Source of the DNA: Jutongia sp.
GTDB taxonomy: Bacteria > Bacillota > Clostridia > Lachnospirales > Lachnospiraceae
Length of the DNA: 41,543 nucleotides
Direction: 5' to 3'
NCBI GenBank assembly: GCA_050873905.1
Contig: JBNMJP010000001.1
Location: 1-41,543, forward strand
The stretch's first letter is position 1. Each line of letters opens with the position of its first letter. Both the position numbers and the translations under genes were made by a program. This document shows positions 1-8,435 of the stretch, piece by piece. The notes under the pieces are model-generated. The model was not told the DNA's origin and did not search any database. It saw only the letters and a list, made by a program, of their open reading frames with translations.

Positions 1-444
1 GCCACAAAAGATACTTGGACAGATGCAATGTTTCTGGTGCATATTCGGTGCAAGCAGGCAGTCTTTTCACATGAAACAGCACTTTTTTTTCATGACCTTA
101 CAGATAGGGAACCGATAGAGTATGAAATTACGGTAAAGACCGGATACAATCCTTCCAAGTTAAAGGAGGATGGAATTAAGGTATATACAGTAAAAAAAGA
201 ACTGCATGCAGAGGGGATTATTATGATGCAAACGTCATTTGGGCATTTTGTTCCTGTTTATAATATGGAGAGAACTATCTGCGACATTGTAAGAAATCGT
301 AATAATACGGAAATGCAGACTTTCCAAAGTGCGTTAAAACAATATGTAAGACGGAAGGACAAGAATCTGCGGTTACTCATGCAGTATGCAGCAAAATTTC
401 ATGTAGAAAAGATCCTAAAACAATATTTGGAGGTGCTGCTATGA
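1..444 (+). CDS. abiEi: Type IV toxin-antitoxin AbiEi-family antitoxin (5' end outside window)
   Basis: The frame is open from the window edge. Motifs VFSHETALFFHDLTDR and VYNMERTICDIVR and the C-terminal YLEVLL are typical of AbiEi. The stop overlaps the ATG at 441 of the toxin gene. Confidence 0.85.
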   Translation, partial: ATKDTWTDAMFLVHIRCKQAVFSHETALFFHDLTDREPIEYEITVKTGYNPSKLKEDGIKVYTVKKELHAEGIIMMQTSFGHFVPVYNMERTICDIVRNRNNTEMQTFQSALKQYVRRKDKNLRLLMQYAAKFHVEKILKQYLEVLL

Positions 445-1036
445 TAAAATCAGCGACGCAGTTAAAGGATTTGATTCGGAATTTGTCAAGGAAGAAATCA
501 GCCGACGCACAGATTTTGATGAGAAATTATATGATGGAGCGTTTCTTAGAGAGGATTTCTATTTCACAATATTAGGATAAATTTATTTTAAAGGGTGGTA
601 TGTTGGTAGCTGCAATGGTGGGACTGGATGCTCGTGCTACGATGGATATGGACGCCACAATTAAAGGCGTAGATGTAAATTTGGAAGAGGTAGAAAACAT
701 TATTGCAGATATTGTGTCTGTTCCGTTGGAGGATGGTGTGACATTTCGTATCAAGCAGGTTTCTGAGATTATGGATGAGGCAGAATATCCGGGTGTGAGG
801 GTTAGTATGGAAACAGAGTTTGATGGAGTCAGAACACCATTAAAAATTGATATTTCTACAGGGGATGTTATTACACCCAAGGAGATGCAGAAAAAATATT
901 TGAGGAAGTGCAGGAAGATTCTGGAATGGAGAAACTTTGGAAGGTATATCAGAAAAAGTTCTCCTATGCGGCAGATATATCTTGGAAAATGGTTATGGAA
1001 TCAGTACGGAAACTTTATTGCATGAGTAAAAAATAA
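441..1036 (+). pseudogene. abiEii: AbiEii nucleotidyltransferase toxin pseudogene (nonsense codon plus internal deletion/frameshift)
   Basis: ATG 441 reads MIKSATQLKDLIRN...MERFLERISISQY*DKFILKGG, with an in-frame TAG at 573-575. The frame continues through RATMDMD to KIDISTGDVITPKE. At ~882 it jumps to another frame carrying the AbiEii-type C-terminus LWKVYQKKFSYAADISW, with TAA at 1034-1036. Confidence 0.85.
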
Positions 1037-1149
1037 GAAAAAACTAGATCTGGCATTCTGTTTTTTGTCATTCACCAGGAAGCATGATTGCATCGCCACA
1101 GGGATAGTGTTAAAATGCATAGAAATAAATTGAAAAGAAGAATATAATC

Positions 1150-2175
1150 ATGACAACATTACAGGCATACGACATTCTGGCAATATCACAGGATGCAGAC
1201 TTTAAGGAAATCAAAAAACAATATCGACAGTTGATGCACCGGGTTCACCCTGACTCCGGTGCATTTGATGTGGAGGAATATCCGTATACCGCGCAGGAAA
1301 TCAATGAGGCATACGAGACACTTCGTCAGGCAGACCGGGAGACTGATGCACAACAGAAACGAAGTTCACAGGATTGGGATTCATCGGAAGGAAAAAAGAA
1401 GTCCCGAACAGCTTTTCAAACCGCATGGCATACAAAATATGGACAAGATTCATGGAATGCAGAGATGGGCTGGGATGCCCCGGAAAATCCAGGGGCTTAT
1501 ACCAAGCGAAAGATTTTTCATAAAGTTGAAGATATGGATGGAACCATGATCGGTGTTGTGTCGATTGCAGAGGGGAAATATCTGTGGAAGCCAGAGGAGG
1601 ATTTTTCGTTATTCTTAAAAAGCATTCTGGAGTGCAGTGAACGTCTGCTGGCAGAGATCGATGAAAGAAATGGGATGAGCCGGCAGGCGGAAATACGTCT
1701 TCGATTTCAGGCGGAGCTTGCTTATCTGCTAGCGCAGCAGTTTATTGACGGGGCAGAAAGTATGGAGGAATTGCTGACACCGGTAGAGACAGGGAAAGAG
1801 GCTGAGACCTACTACATTCCGGCAATGCTTGAGGCTGGAGGGACGACTGCGGGACTGCGGGCCGGAATGATATTATATCCGGCGGGGGTACGGGCGCATC
1901 GTCTTTATTTGAAAACAAAGGCAGGAAAAGAGGCAGGATACCTGTCTTTTCGGGATGACAGACTGTATCATATTGTGATTCCTTTGCTGGAACAGAAACG
2001 TGCTCAGGTTAAGATTGAAGTGTCCCGAAAACAGGACAGAAAAAATACGAGCGGAAGAAGCAAATACAAAAATATTGATTTCTGGATGCGGATTCCAAAG
2101 GAGACCACGGGCACATTTCCGGAGAGTATTGAACTAAAGATTGAGAATCTGTTGAAACAATATGAGAGCAGATAA
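1150..2175 (+). CDS. DnaJ (J-domain) containing protein with uncharacterised C-terminal region
   Basis: N-terminal AYDILAI...EIKKQYRQLMHRVHPD...QEINEAYETL is a J-domain with the HPD motif. Confidence 0.85.
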   Translation: MTTLQAYDILAISQDADFKEIKKQYRQLMHRVHPDSGAFDVEEYPYTAQEINEAYETLRQADRETDAQQKRSSQDWDSSEGKKKSRTAFQTAWHTKYGQDSWNAEMGWDAPENPGAYTKRKIFHKVEDMDGTMIGVVSIAEGKYLWKPEEDFSLFLKSILECSERLLAEIDERNGMSRQAEIRLRFQAELAYLLAQQFIDGAESMEELLTPVETGKEAETYYIPAMLEAGGTTAGLRAGMILYPAGVRAHRLYLKTKAGKEAGYLSFRDDRLYHIVIPLLEQKRAQVKIEVSRKQDRKNTSGRSKYKNIDFWMRIPKETTGTFPESIELKIENLLKQYESR

Positions 2176-2229
2176 AACAAAATAGGTTGAAGATATGGAA
2201 CGAAAAATGCGTTTAAATTAATATTAAAG

Positions 2230-2811
2230 GTGAGGAGAAAGGAAAATATGAACCAATTTCAAATAGAAAATGGAAGACCGGAAAACGGGACAGGACGAAC
2301 GGATATAGAGCTTCGTGTGTACGATTTTCTGGACCGGTTAGGAATAGAGTATGAGCGCATCGATCATGAGGCTGTAGAGACGATGGAAGCCTGCAGAGAA
2401 ATCGATCAGGCACTTGCACCGGCAGTTGTCTGCAAAAATCTTTTTCTGACAAATTCCAAAGAGGATCATTATTATCTGCTGATGATGCTGGGAGATAAGA
2501 AATTCAGGTCCTCTGAGGTGGCGGGACAGATTGGAAGCACCAGATTATCCTTTGCCTCAGCAGAAAGGATGAAGGAGTATCTGGATATCAGACCAGGTTC
2601 CGTAAGTGTTATGGGATTGATGAATGATATAGAACACCGGGTGAAGCTTTTGGTGGATGAAGATCTGCTGGCACATGAGTTGTTAGGATGTCATCCCTGT
2701 GTAAATACATCCAGCCTGCGGATGAAGACCGAAGATGTATTAAAAAGATTTGTGCCGGCAACAGGGCATGATTATATTGCGGTTCATGTTGGAAAAGCTG
2801 CGAATTTGTGA
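2230..2811 (+). CDS. YbaK/ProX prolyl-tRNA editing domain protein
   Basis: Motifs CKNLFL, RLSFAS, PGSVSVMGLMND and HPCVNTSSL. The true start may be a downstream ATG. Confidence 0.9.
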   Translation: MRRKENMNQFQIENGRPENGTGRTDIELRVYDFLDRLGIEYERIDHEAVETMEACREIDQALAPAVVCKNLFLTNSKEDHYYLLMMLGDKKFRSSEVAGQIGSTRLSFASAERMKEYLDIRPGSVSVMGLMNDIEHRVKLLVDEDLLAHELLGCHPCVNTSSLRMKTEDVLKRFVPATGHDYIAVHVGKAANL

Positions 2812-2817
2812 TATACT
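2789..2817 (+). promoter_or_regulatory. Putative sigma-A promoter for thrH
   Basis: TTGGAA-17 bp-TATACT with TG extended -10. Confidence 0.55.
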
Positions 2818-2892
2818 CAACTTTAAAGAAACAGAGATCATACGTCCGGCACACAGACAGTCTCTGTAAAAATACGAGGAACGTGTGCAGAA

Positions 2893-3507
2893 ATGAGGAT
2901 GAAAATGGATATTGTATGTTTGGACTTAGAGGGAGTACTTGTACCGGAGATCTGGATTGCATTTGCAGAGGCAAGTGGGATTCCTGAGTTAAAGAGGACC
3001 ACAAGAGACGAGCCGGATTATGATAAGCTTATGACCTGGCGTCTGGGTATTCTCAAGGAACATGGTCTGGGACTCAAGGAGATTCAGGACACGATCGCTA
3101 CGATCGATCCGATTCCGGGAGCAAAGGAGTTTTTGGATGAGCTTCGTTCCATTACACAGGTAATCATTATCAGTGATACATTTACACAGTTTGCAAGCCC
3201 TCTGATGAAGAAGCTGGGCTGGCCAACGATCTTCTGTAATTCTCTGGAGGTTGCACCGGACGGTGAGATCACAGGCTTTAAGATGCGCTGTGAGAAGTCA
3301 AAGTACACCACCGTTAAGGCGCTGCAGTCTATTGGCTATGATACCATTGCCAGTGGTGACAGCCACAACGATCTTGGCATGATCGAGGCAAGTAAAGCGG
3401 GCTTCTTATTCAAGAGTACCGATCAGATCAAGGCAGATCATCCGGAGCTGCCGGCATATGAGACGTATGACGAGCTTCTGGCAGCGATCAAAAAGGTGCT
3501 GGGATAA
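2893..3507 (+). CDS. thrH: Phosphoserine phosphatase / homoserine phosphotransferase ThrH (HAD family)
   Basis: CLDLEGVLVPEIW, TTRDEPDYD, ISDTF and GDSHND motifs. Confidence 0.92.
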   Translation: MRMKMDIVCLDLEGVLVPEIWIAFAEASGIPELKRTTRDEPDYDKLMTWRLGILKEHGLGLKEIQDTIATIDPIPGAKEFLDELRSITQVIIISDTFTQFASPLMKKLGWPTIFCNSLEVAPDGEITGFKMRCEKSKYTTVKALQSIGYDTIASGDSHNDLGMIEASKAGFLFKSTDQIKADHPELPAYETYDELLAAIKKVLG

Positions 3508-3714
3508 TTTATATCCAAAGCAAGGGCGGATATGGAGATTGTCCATATTGCCTTAAAAAAATTGATAGAATTAGAAATCTGTTTATCATTTTGTGTTATG
3601 TACTTATTCATAGCATGAGCTTTTGGTTTTTGGATTTTGTGTGGTTAATTAAACCAAAACCATTGGTCTCATGCTATTTTTATGTCACTTATTATTGAAA
3701 AGAAAATATTGTCA

Positions 3715-4239
3715 TTATTTTATATGTTTGTCCGTTATATGTTCCAACACTCCAATGCTTTCAATAAAATCTTTCATATACATAGGTTCTTTGTTAAGGG
3801 CATGTACTTCGGCAATATCAAGGTATGCGGTAACAATCTTATTAAGAGCGTCAAGTTCCTGCTCGGTAAGATAATTTTTTGCAACTTCTACATCCGAATG
3901 ATGAATTTCATCATGTGCCTATGAGGTGAGTCCCATATTTTCTTTTTCAGCATCTGCCCGTTCAAAAATAACTTCTGCGGCGGTATGTTTGTGAGCAGCC
4001 CAGTGCATTTTATTCTGTACTTGCTTAAAGAAGAGTACAGAGCTTTCTACACGAGGATCATAGTCTATGCTGGTTGCGTAGATTTCTAATACTTTTCGCC
4101 AGAAAACCTTTTCGGAGGAGCGGATATCTCTAATACGGGCAAGTAATTCATCAAAGTAATTTCCACCCCCTAATCGTTTGAGCCGGTCATCATCTAGGGC
4201 AAATCCTTTTTTTCATATATTCTTTTAAAATCCCCATAG
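3715..4239 (-). pseudogene. RhuM-family (virulence protein RhuM-like) remnant
   Basis: Minus strand reads ILKEYMKK/GFALDDDRLK...YFDELLARIRDIRSSEKVFWRKVLEIYATSIDY...QNKMHWAAH..TAAEVI..MGLTS*...VAKNYL. There is a +1 frameshift in an A7 run (~4207-4213), a TAG at 3919-3921, and the 5' part is missing. Confidence 0.85.
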
Positions 4240-4240
4240 A

Positions 4241-4497
4241 GAGAATATGGACTATGACGGTTACGATATCTGCTTTGACCATGTGGGCTTTTCTTATGAG
4301 GACGGAGAACGTCAGCGTATCTCCATTGCCAGGGCATTTCACACCGTATGAGAACAGTGGATGGCGTAGACAAGATCGTTGTCCTCGGAGACGGTGTTGT
4401 GGCAGAGAGCGGTACGCCAAAGGAATTAAAGGAGGCAGACGGTATTTACCGTCATATGGTGGAGCTGCAGCTTCAAACGGAGCAGTGGAAATACTAG
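4241..4497 (+). pseudogene. ABC exporter ATP-binding domain remnant with multiple internal deletions
   Basis: Reads GYDICFDHVGFSYEDGE|RQRISIARAF, then in another frame HRMRTVDGVDKIVVLGDGVVAESGTPKELKEADGIYRHMVELQ*. These are the NBD start, the end of the signature motif and the H-loop/C-terminus, with Walker A and B missing. Confidence 0.85.
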
Positions 4498-4585
4498 CAA
4501 TAACTTTATATTTCTCTATGTTCCAAACATTCAAAATAGTGTATAATAGGGCATGATTGATTACCTTTGGAGAGGAAGTGGGCAT

Positions 4586-5965
4586 ATGAGATATGATGTA
4601 ATTATTATTGGGGCAGGTCCGGGAGGTATTTTTGCGGCATATGAGCTGATGAAAAAGAAGCCGGACTGTAAAATAGCAGTATTTGAGGAAGGTTATCCTC
4701 TGGAAAAGAGAAAATGTCCGATCGACGGCAAGAAGATCAAAAGCTGTGTCGGCTGTAAACGCTGCTCGATCATGTGTGGTTTTGGCGGAGCCGGTGCATT
4801 TTCCGATGGAAAATATAATATCACCAATGATTTCGGTGGCACCCTGTTTGAATATATCGGTAAAGAGAAAGCAGTGGAGCTGATGAAATATGTGGATGAG
4901 ATCAACATGGCAAACGGTGGCGAAGGAACGCAGCTTTACTCTACGGCAGGGACAAAGTTCAAAAAGCTCTGTCTGCAGAATAAGCTGAATCTGCTGGATG
5001 CATCCGTACGTCATCTGGGGACAGATATTAACTATATTGTGCTGGGCAATCTTTACGATCAGATGAAGGATCATGTGGAGTTTTACTTTGACACGCCGGT
5101 GGAAACCATTGAGATCGTCGAAAACGGATACCGCATTGTCTGTGAAAACAGTGAAACCTGCGAGTGTGATAAATGTATTGTTTCAGTAGGACGAAGCGGT
5201 AGCAAATGGATGGAAAAGGTCTGCAGAGAGCTTGAGATCCCAACCAGCTCCAACCGTGTAGATATTGGTGTGCGTGTGGAGCTTCCGGCTGTTATCTTCT
5301 CCCATCTGACGGATGAGCTGTATGAGAGCAAGATCGTCTACCGCACCGAGAAGTTTGAGGACCGTGTCCGCACCTTCTGTATGAATCCAAACGGCATCGT
5401 GGTGAATGAAAATACCAACGGCATCATTACGGTGAATGGCCACAGCTATGAAGGGGACGAAAAGAAAACGGAGAACACCAACTTTGCCCTTCTGGTGGCG
5501 AAGCATTTTTCCGAGCCATTTAAGGACAGCAATGGGTATGGCGAAAGTATTGCAAGGCTTTCCAATATGCTGGGAGGCGGCGTGATCGTACAGCGTTTAG
5601 GGGATCTGGTGCGTGGAAGACGAAGCACGGAGAAGCGTATTCATGAGAATCTTGTCACACCGACATTGTCAGCAACACCGGGAGATTTAAGTCTGGTACT
5701 TCCAAAACGTATCATGGACGGAATCATCGAGATGATCTATGCACTGGATAAGGTGGCTCCGGGTACTGCTAATGACGACACGCTGCTTTATGGTGTGGAG
5801 GTGAAGTTCTATAACATGGAGGTTGCACTGGATCACAATCTGGAAAGCTGTCACAAGGGACTTTATGTGATCGGAGATGGCAGCGGCGTAACCCATTCTT
5901 TGTCCCATGCATCTGCCAGTGGCGTGTATGTGGCAAGACATATTATCAGTGAGGATGAACAATGA
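4586..5965 (+). CDS. NAD(P)/FAD-dependent oxidoreductase (COG2509-like)
   Basis: YDVIIIGAGPGG Rossmann motif, GGAGAFSDGK, RTFCMNP and GDGSG. There is a Cys cluster CP..CVGCKRC. The ATG at 4586 follows a GAGGAAG RBS. Confidence 0.88.
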   Translation: MRYDVIIIGAGPGGIFAAYELMKKKPDCKIAVFEEGYPLEKRKCPIDGKKIKSCVGCKRCSIMCGFGGAGAFSDGKYNITNDFGGTLFEYIGKEKAVELMKYVDEINMANGGEGTQLYSTAGTKFKKLCLQNKLNLLDASVRHLGTDINYIVLGNLYDQMKDHVEFYFDTPVETIEIVENGYRIVCENSETCECDKCIVSVGRSGSKWMEKVCRELEIPTSSNRVDIGVRVELPAVIFSHLTDELYESKIVYRTEKFEDRVRTFCMNPNGIVVNENTNGIITVNGHSYEGDEKKTENTNFALLVAKHFSEPFKDSNGYGESIARLSNMLGGGVIVQRLGDLVRGRRSTEKRIHENLVTPTLSATPGDLSLVLPKRIMDGIIEMIYALDKVAPGTANDDTLLYGVEVKFYNMEVALDHNLESCHKGLYVIGDGSGVTHSLSHASASGVYVARHIISEDEQ

Positions 5966-6843
5966 CATTAAAACACATTAAGATATTTGTGGCGGTTTAT
6001 CAGGAGGAGAGTATTACCAGGGCGGCAGAAAAGCTTCATATGACCCAGCCGGCGACCAGTCTTGCCATACGGGAGCTGGAGGAATATTATCATACCAAGC
6101 TGTTTGAACGGAGCGGCCGCGGGATCCGGGTGACATCCGCCGGAAGCCAGCTGTACCCAAGTGCAGTGCGGTTATTGTCCCTGTATGATGAGATGGATGC
6201 GGAAATGAAAAACTGGGACACCTCCGGCAGACTCCGGGTTGGTTCCAGTATCAGTATCGGCTCCTGCATTCTGCCACAGCTGATCAGCCGTTTTTCGAAG
6301 GAATATCCGGAATTGGATCTGTACGTAAAAGTGGACAGTTCTGATGTGATCGAGCAGAATGTACTGGAAAATCATCTGGATTTTGCTTTGATCGAGGGAT
6401 CCGTTCATTCCGAAAAGCTCAAATCAACCGTGTTTCTTGATGATGAGCTTGTACCGGTATGCAGCCGTTTTCATCCGCTGGCAGGGGCGGAAAATGTGGA
6501 ACTGGACAGCTTAAAGGACGAGCATTTTCTCATGAGAGAGCCCCACAGTGGTACCCGTCAGCTTGCGGATTCCAGCTTTGCATTGAAAAATTTCCAGATC
6601 AGACCCACATGGGAGAGCACCAGTACGGCGGCACTGATCAATGCAGTGTCTATTGGACTGGGGATCTCCATTCTGCCAAAACGTATGCTGGAGAAGCAGC
6701 TTCGGATGCATCAGATCGGGTCTTTTACGATCCGTGACATGGATCTGAAGCGTCATTACTCGCTGATCTATCATGAGAATAAATTTGTTTCTCCCACCAT
6801 GGAGCGTTTTTTTGAAATGCTGACAGAGCTGCGTAATGATTAA
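5962..6843 (+). CDS. LysR-family transcriptional regulator (CysL/YeiE-like)
   Basis: SITRAAEKLHMTQPATSLAIRELE HTH; substrate-binding domain motifs DFALIEG and LMREPHSGTR. Confidence 0.92.
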   Translation: MTLKHIKIFVAVYQEESITRAAEKLHMTQPATSLAIRELEEYYHTKLFERSGRGIRVTSAGSQLYPSAVRLLSLYDEMDAEMKNWDTSGRLRVGSSISIGSCILPQLISRFSKEYPELDLYVKVDSSDVIEQNVLENHLDFALIEGSVHSEKLKSTVFLDDELVPVCSRFHPLAGAENVELDSLKDEHFLMREPHSGTRQLADSSFALKNFQIRPTWESTSTAALINAVSIGLGISILPKRMLEKQLRMHQIGSFTIRDMDLKRHYSLIYHENKFVSPTMERFFEMLTELRND

Positions 6844-6910
6844 AAGAGTATACGGAAGACCGGTTGGGCGGTCCGAAGCCTGCAGGCAGCAGAAAGGAAT
6901 GCAGATTATT

Positions 6911-7450
6911 ATGAAAAAATTATATTTTACGAGACATGGACAGACTTTCTGGAATGTAGAAAATAAAATATGTGGTGCCACGGATATTGCATTGACGGAG
7001 CTTGGACACCGGCAGGCGGTGGCCGCCGGTCAAATGATCCGGGAGGCTGGCTATGAGATTGATGAAATTCTCTATTCGCCCCTGATCCGTGCGGCGGAGA
7101 CGGCGCGTCATATCAGTGAGGAGACTGGGATCCCTATGCGGATGGAGCCAAGATTAAAGGAACAGAACTTTGGACGGTTTGAGGGAACCCCGCGCAATGG
7201 TGAGGAGTTTCGCGAGGCAAAAGCCTGCTTTGTCAATCATTTTGGCACAGGGGAGTCCATGCTGCAGATGGCACAGAGGATCTATAATCTGATCGATGAT
7301 CTGAAAAACGATCCGTCCGGCAAAACATATCTGCTGGTGGCACATAACGGCATTGCCCGTATCGTGCAGTCTTATTTTCATGAGATGACCAATGAGGAGT
7401 TTGCGGCGTTCGGAATTGATAATTGTACGCTGCTGGAATTTGATCTGTAA
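6911..7450 (+). CDS. Histidine phosphatase (phosphoglycerate mutase) family protein
   Basis: FTRHGQT, SPLIRAAETA, LKEQNFG and LVAHNG motifs. The ATG at 6911 is preferred over the ORF-track start. Confidence 0.9.
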   Translation: MKKLYFTRHGQTFWNVENKICGATDIALTELGHRQAVAAGQMIREAGYEIDEILYSPLIRAAETARHISEETGIPMRMEPRLKEQNFGRFEGTPRNGEEFREAKACFVNHFGTGESMLQMAQRIYNLIDDLKNDPSGKTYLLVAHNGIARIVQSYFHEMTNEEFAAFGIDNCTLLEFDL

Positions 7451-7519
7451 TGGATAGGATATGTATGGAAATATTCAGAGGTTAAGGCGGCAGATATAGT
7501 AAATTAAAGGGATAGGATT

Positions 7520-7861
7520 ATGGAACAGGATATGACAATATATACCATCATGCGCATTGATGAGGCGGATTTTGGATGCGAGGGCAGACCGGAAGGATAT
7601 ATTCCTATGGTGACCGTGTATCTGGAGGACGAATATGGCAGGGAAGAGGTCATTGAAATGGAGGATGCACAGATGTATCACCGGGCATTGGACGAGGGCT
7701 CACAGGTGGTGATCGGCGGAGACGGAACCCTCTACAGCCTGGAGGCAGCCGGACGGCAGGCTGATATCATACCGGTGGAGGAGACGGCAGATACCGATCA
7801 GCAGGATCAGTGGCTGGAGGGATATATGGATGCCGTGGAGGAACTGGAAGAAGATTTATAA
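7520..7861 (+). CDS. Hypothetical acidic protein
   Basis: 113-aa ORF with an RBS-like GGGATAGGA upstream and a DFGCEG motif. Confidence 0.7.
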   Translation: MEQDMTIYTIMRIDEADFGCEGRPEGYIPMVTVYLEDEYGREEVIEMEDAQMYHRALDEGSQVVIGGDGTLYSLEAAGRQADIIPVEETADTDQQDQWLEGYMDAVEELEEDL

Positions 7862-7900
7862 AAGCTTTATTTAAAAAATTAATAGAAACGAGGAGATACT

Positions 7901-8170
7901 ATGTTTTACGTACCGGATGGAACAGAAAAATGTGGATATTATGAGTGTAAAAGCTGTGGAAGCCGTTTCCTTGATATCAAGATCGGTCCCAGTATTGTGT
8001 GTCCTTACTGTGGGGAGGAGCCGGACATGGAAATCGGCCCGGATGAGGAGATGCCTGTGATCACAGAAGATGCAAAGCTGGTGCAGATGCTTCAGGGTGA
8101 GGAGGAAGTGGCAAAGTATGACCAGCTTTTAAGCCTTGCCGTTACCGGGGGCGATTATAACTGGATATAG
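7901..8170 (+). CDS. Small zinc-ribbon-like hypothetical protein
   Basis: GAGGAG RBS; CKSC...CPYC pair. Confidence 0.75.
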   Translation: MFYVPDGTEKCGYYECKSCGSRFLDIKIGPSIVCPYCGEEPDMEIGPDEEMPVITEDAKLVQMLQGEEEVAKYDQLLSLAVTGGDYNWI

Positions 8171-8196
8171 TATCTGACAGGAGAAAATGATATACG

Positions 8197-8235
8197 AAAA
8201 GTATCTGAATGAAAAATTAGTTCAGGTACTTTTTT
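8197..8235 (+). terminator. Putative intrinsic terminator after the 7520-8170 genes
   Basis: Stem AAAAGTATCTGAA/TTCAGGTACTTTT ending in a T run. Confidence 0.55.
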
Positions 8236-8384
8236 GACACCATTGTAGTGTCATACACGGCAAATATCCCAAATCTGCCGTGTACAAAACGGGATTTTCT
8301 GGAATCATATTGTTTGATTCCCTTTTCCCTGTTATACTGGCAAAAATCAAAGGATAACGGGAGGGGTTTGCTGAAAAGCCGGTG

Positions 8385-8413
8385 TTGATTTGCAGGATGG
8401 ATGATGATATAAT
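8385..8413 (+). promoter_or_regulatory. Putative sigma-A promoter
   Basis: TTGATT-17 bp-TATAAT with TGn extension. Confidence 0.65.
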
Positions 8414-8435
8414 AAAATCCCAAGAGGCTCATTAT

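Noticed and set aside
600-1025. ORF-track 141-aa ORF as an intact AbiEii
   Set aside because: It is an internal fragment starting after a nonsense codon, and it runs out of frame after the deletion at ~882.
3671-3924. Two short + strand ORFs
   Set aside because: They are antisense shadows of the RhuM remnant with no recognisable motifs.
4190-5074. 294-aa minus-strand ORF and the 4254-4556 plus ORF
   Set aside because: They overlap the oxidoreductase and ABC remnant in non-coding frames; only the last few codons belong to the RhuM remnant.
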